Under the pieces are notes generated by a model. The model did no database searches, was not told the DNA's origin, and saw only the letters and a program-made list of their open reading frames with translations. The position numbers and the translations under genes are program-made. A DNA stretch of 64,000 bases from Paludibacteraceae bacterium (GTDB taxonomy: Bacteria; Bacteroidota; Bacteroidia; Bacteroidales; Paludibacteraceae). This document shows, in pieces, positions 62,415 to 64,000 of this stretch. The number at the start of each line of letters is the position of its first letter. Positions within the stretch are counted from its first letter, which is position 1. The stretch spans positions 6,284 through 70,283 of the forward strand of contig JAKSKZ010000013.1 of the NCBI GenBank assembly GCA_024401475.1. The letters are read 5' to 3'.

Positions 62415-62972
62415 TTATCCAACATATTTGTCCACGAAAAATTGCAACCCACCCTTGTAGCCTATGCCAAGTGCTTCAAACTTCCAAATGCCACCTCTGC
62501 GGTATAGACGACCGAACTCGATAGCTGTTTCAATGGAGAAATCTTCGTCCAAATCGTATTTTGCAATTTCCTCGTTGTTTTCCAAGTTATAAATTCGGAT
62601 ATAAGAGTTGTGAACCTGTCCGAAGTTTTGTTTGCGGGCATCCGCTTCATGAATGGTGACGGTGAAAATGATTTCTTCGATGCGCGCATCCACCTTGCTC
62701 ATATCAACAGTCAATGTTTCGCAATCTCCACCATCATCCGATCCTGTCAAGTCATCGCCTGATGATTGAACGGCTTCGTCTGGAGACACTTGATTGTTAT
62801 AAAAAACGAAGAATTCGTCTAATGGCAATTTCTTGTTTGAACCAAGCATAAAAGCTGACGCATCCAAATCAAAATCAAATCCTGAACCTGGATTTGCTTG
62901 CCAACCTAATCCTACGCCCACTTTTGAAAGACCTACCTCAATTCTTTGTCCTTTTGATAAATTAATAGCCAT
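62415..62972 (-). CDS. TerD-family stress protein
   Basis: 185 aa. Motifs: MAINLSKGQRIEV, DLDASAF, SGDDLTGSDDGGDCETLTVDM, and GIWKFEALGIG. It is the first gene of the operon. Confidence 0.9.
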   Translation of the reverse strand: MAINLSKGQRIEVGLSKVGVGLGWQANPGSGFDFDLDASAFMLGSNKKLPLDEFFVFYNNQVSPDEAVQSSGDDLTGSDDGGDCETLTVDMSKVDARIEEIIFTVTIHEADARKQNFGQVHNSYIRIYNLENNEEIAKYDLDEDFSIETAIEFGRLYRRGGIWKFEALGIGYKGGLQFFVDKYVG

Positions 62973-63406
62973 ATCTTTATTCTTTATATAGATGGTGCTT
63001 TATCATATACCACCTTAGGGTTATAAACATCGGGGTGAATTGCTAAGAATCACCTTATTTTCTTCATTTAGAGTTCGTTGGAATGTTTTGTTTAATCAAG
63101 GTATGAAGTATTCTTTTCTTTGACTAATTTCATGGTCAAATAGGAAAATCCAGTATTATTTCATTACAAAAAAAAACGTATTGCTTCATCTCTGTTTTAA
63201 TCTTCAACTCGACAAATGTCCCATTGGCATTTGTTTATTTCCTCTGAAATTCTCTTGATGTAAACTTATAAAATAAATCTGAATATTAGAATGGTTTTAA
63301 CTAATTTTATCAAATGATGATTTGAATATGGCAAACTAAATTCTTCTAAAGAACTTATCTATGATTAGGCACCATAATCAGATGCTTGTGTTTTAACAGT
63401 CACCAG

Positions 63407-63937
63407 TTATTCGTTCATAATCTTCTGCAAAATCAAACAATTCTTCCATCCTTCGGGAGTATTATTCCAAGACTTCAAGCATCCGCAGTCCACAAAACCT
63501 TCGTTCTTAAAAAGTTGAATGCTAGCGATGTTTCCTTCGTTTATATGACAATATAATTGATGAAGTTTCAAGATGGAAAATGCATAGTTACACAATAAAG
63601 AAAGAGCTTGCGTTGCATAGCCTTTTGATTGGTAGTTGGGATCTATTAGTATGCCTACCCCAGCGCGATTGTGATGAGGGTCAAAATCAAAGAGGTCGAT
63701 GGTTCCGATAGATATGGACTCCTTTTTCAATTCCACCATTAGCCGGAGCTGCTTTGAGGTGTAAATGTCAACGCCTTGCTGTTCTTCGATGTATTGACGG
63801 AGGACAAAACGAGAATAGGGCGCAAGGCTGTTGCCTTCCGCCCAAAACAAATCCTCATTTTCCCAATTATATAGAGCCGAAAGATCTTCGGGTTCTAATG
63901 CTCTTAGGCGAATTTCATTGGTTTCAAGACACCCCAT
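63407..63937 (-). CDS. GNAT family N-acetyltransferase (RimJ/RimL-like)
   Basis: 176 aa. It has the acetyl-CoA binding segment AGVGILIDPNYQSKGYATQAL and the typical RimJ-like N terminus (LRALEPEDL..LY.WEN). Confidence 0.85.
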   Translation of the reverse strand: MGCLETNEIRLRALEPEDLSALYNWENEDLFWAEGNSLAPYSRFVLRQYIEEQQGVDIYTSKQLRLMVELKKESISIGTIDLFDFDPHHNRAGVGILIDPNYQSKGYATQALSLLCNYAFSILKLHQLYCHINEGNIASIQLFKNEGFVDCGCLKSWNNTPEGWKNCLILQKIMNE

Positions 63938-63938
63938 T

Positions 63939-64000
63939 TTATCTCAAACGGTCAAGGGAACGAACCAAATCTTCGTCTTTTTGTATTTTTTTGTTAGCCA
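63939..64000 (-). CDS. 3' end of an unidentified gene running off the right edge
   Basis: The minus-strand frame ...WLTKKIQKDEDLVRSLDRLR ends in a TAA at 63939-63941, just 1 nt before the GNAT start codon, which looks like operon-style packing. The fragment is too short to identify. Confidence 0.3.
   Translation of the reverse strand, partial: ANKKIQKDEDLVRSLDRLR

Noticed and set aside
62973-63406. 434-nt upstream region of the TerD operon examined for a riboswitch or leader structure and a TAnnTTTG promoter box.
   Set aside because: I saw only weak 4-7-bp hairpins (for example acaaatg...catttgt at about 63211-63235) and no clean match to the -7 consensus on the minus strand. I could not support a specific regulatory call by eye.

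Overview
This window appears to be a chromosomal segment from a Bacteroidota organism, probably Bacteroidales and Prevotella-like. That placement is an inference from gene content (DUF3127, a BspA-type LRR protein, PDDEXK_9 ATPases, Rho with a long N/Q-rich insertion) and from TAnnTTTG -7 promoter boxes. I count about 55 protein-coding genes or gene remnants and one tRNA-Gln(CTG). I saw no rRNA, no CRISPR array, and no intact transposase or integrase.

The housekeeping backbone includes pyridoxal kinase, panB, nth, rho, tilS, a PBP1A-type synthase, an RluA-family pseudouridine synthase, a PPTase and a Ca-ATPase. Four accessory or unusual patches interrupt it:

- **10.4-16.0 kb:** a five-gene operon of an ADP-ribosylglycohydrolase plus four unknown proteins, two of them paralogs, next to a DUF4143 ATPase that is preceded by 33-bp tandem repeats.
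- **20.8-23.6 kb:** an XRE-type HTH gene followed by about 2.1 kb of AT-rich DNA with almost no ORFs. This stretch carries many copies of a TTACATTTGTAA motif and is bracketed by a 23-bp inverted repeat.
- **39.0-51.4 kb:** a recombination-scarred mosaic. A roughly 9-kb insert is flanked by a direct duplication of a nucleoside-hydrolase locus. The insert carries a PDDEXK_9 ATPase, an AlbA_2/Schlafen-like ATPase, a small ORF broken by an in-frame stop, an uncharacterised 1181-aa protein (cold-shock-like N terminus, zinc ribbons at the C terminus) and a truncated IS66 remnant.
- **52.1-63.0 kb:** a nine-gene operon of three TerD proteins, two TerY-type vWA proteins, AIM24, PP2C, a Ser/Thr kinase and a GYF-PrsW protease, next to a P-type Ca2+-ATPase. 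This is an expanded TerY-phosphorylation-triad-like module and my best candidate for a poorly described multi-component system.

All functional calls come from reading motifs in the supplied translations. No database search was run.
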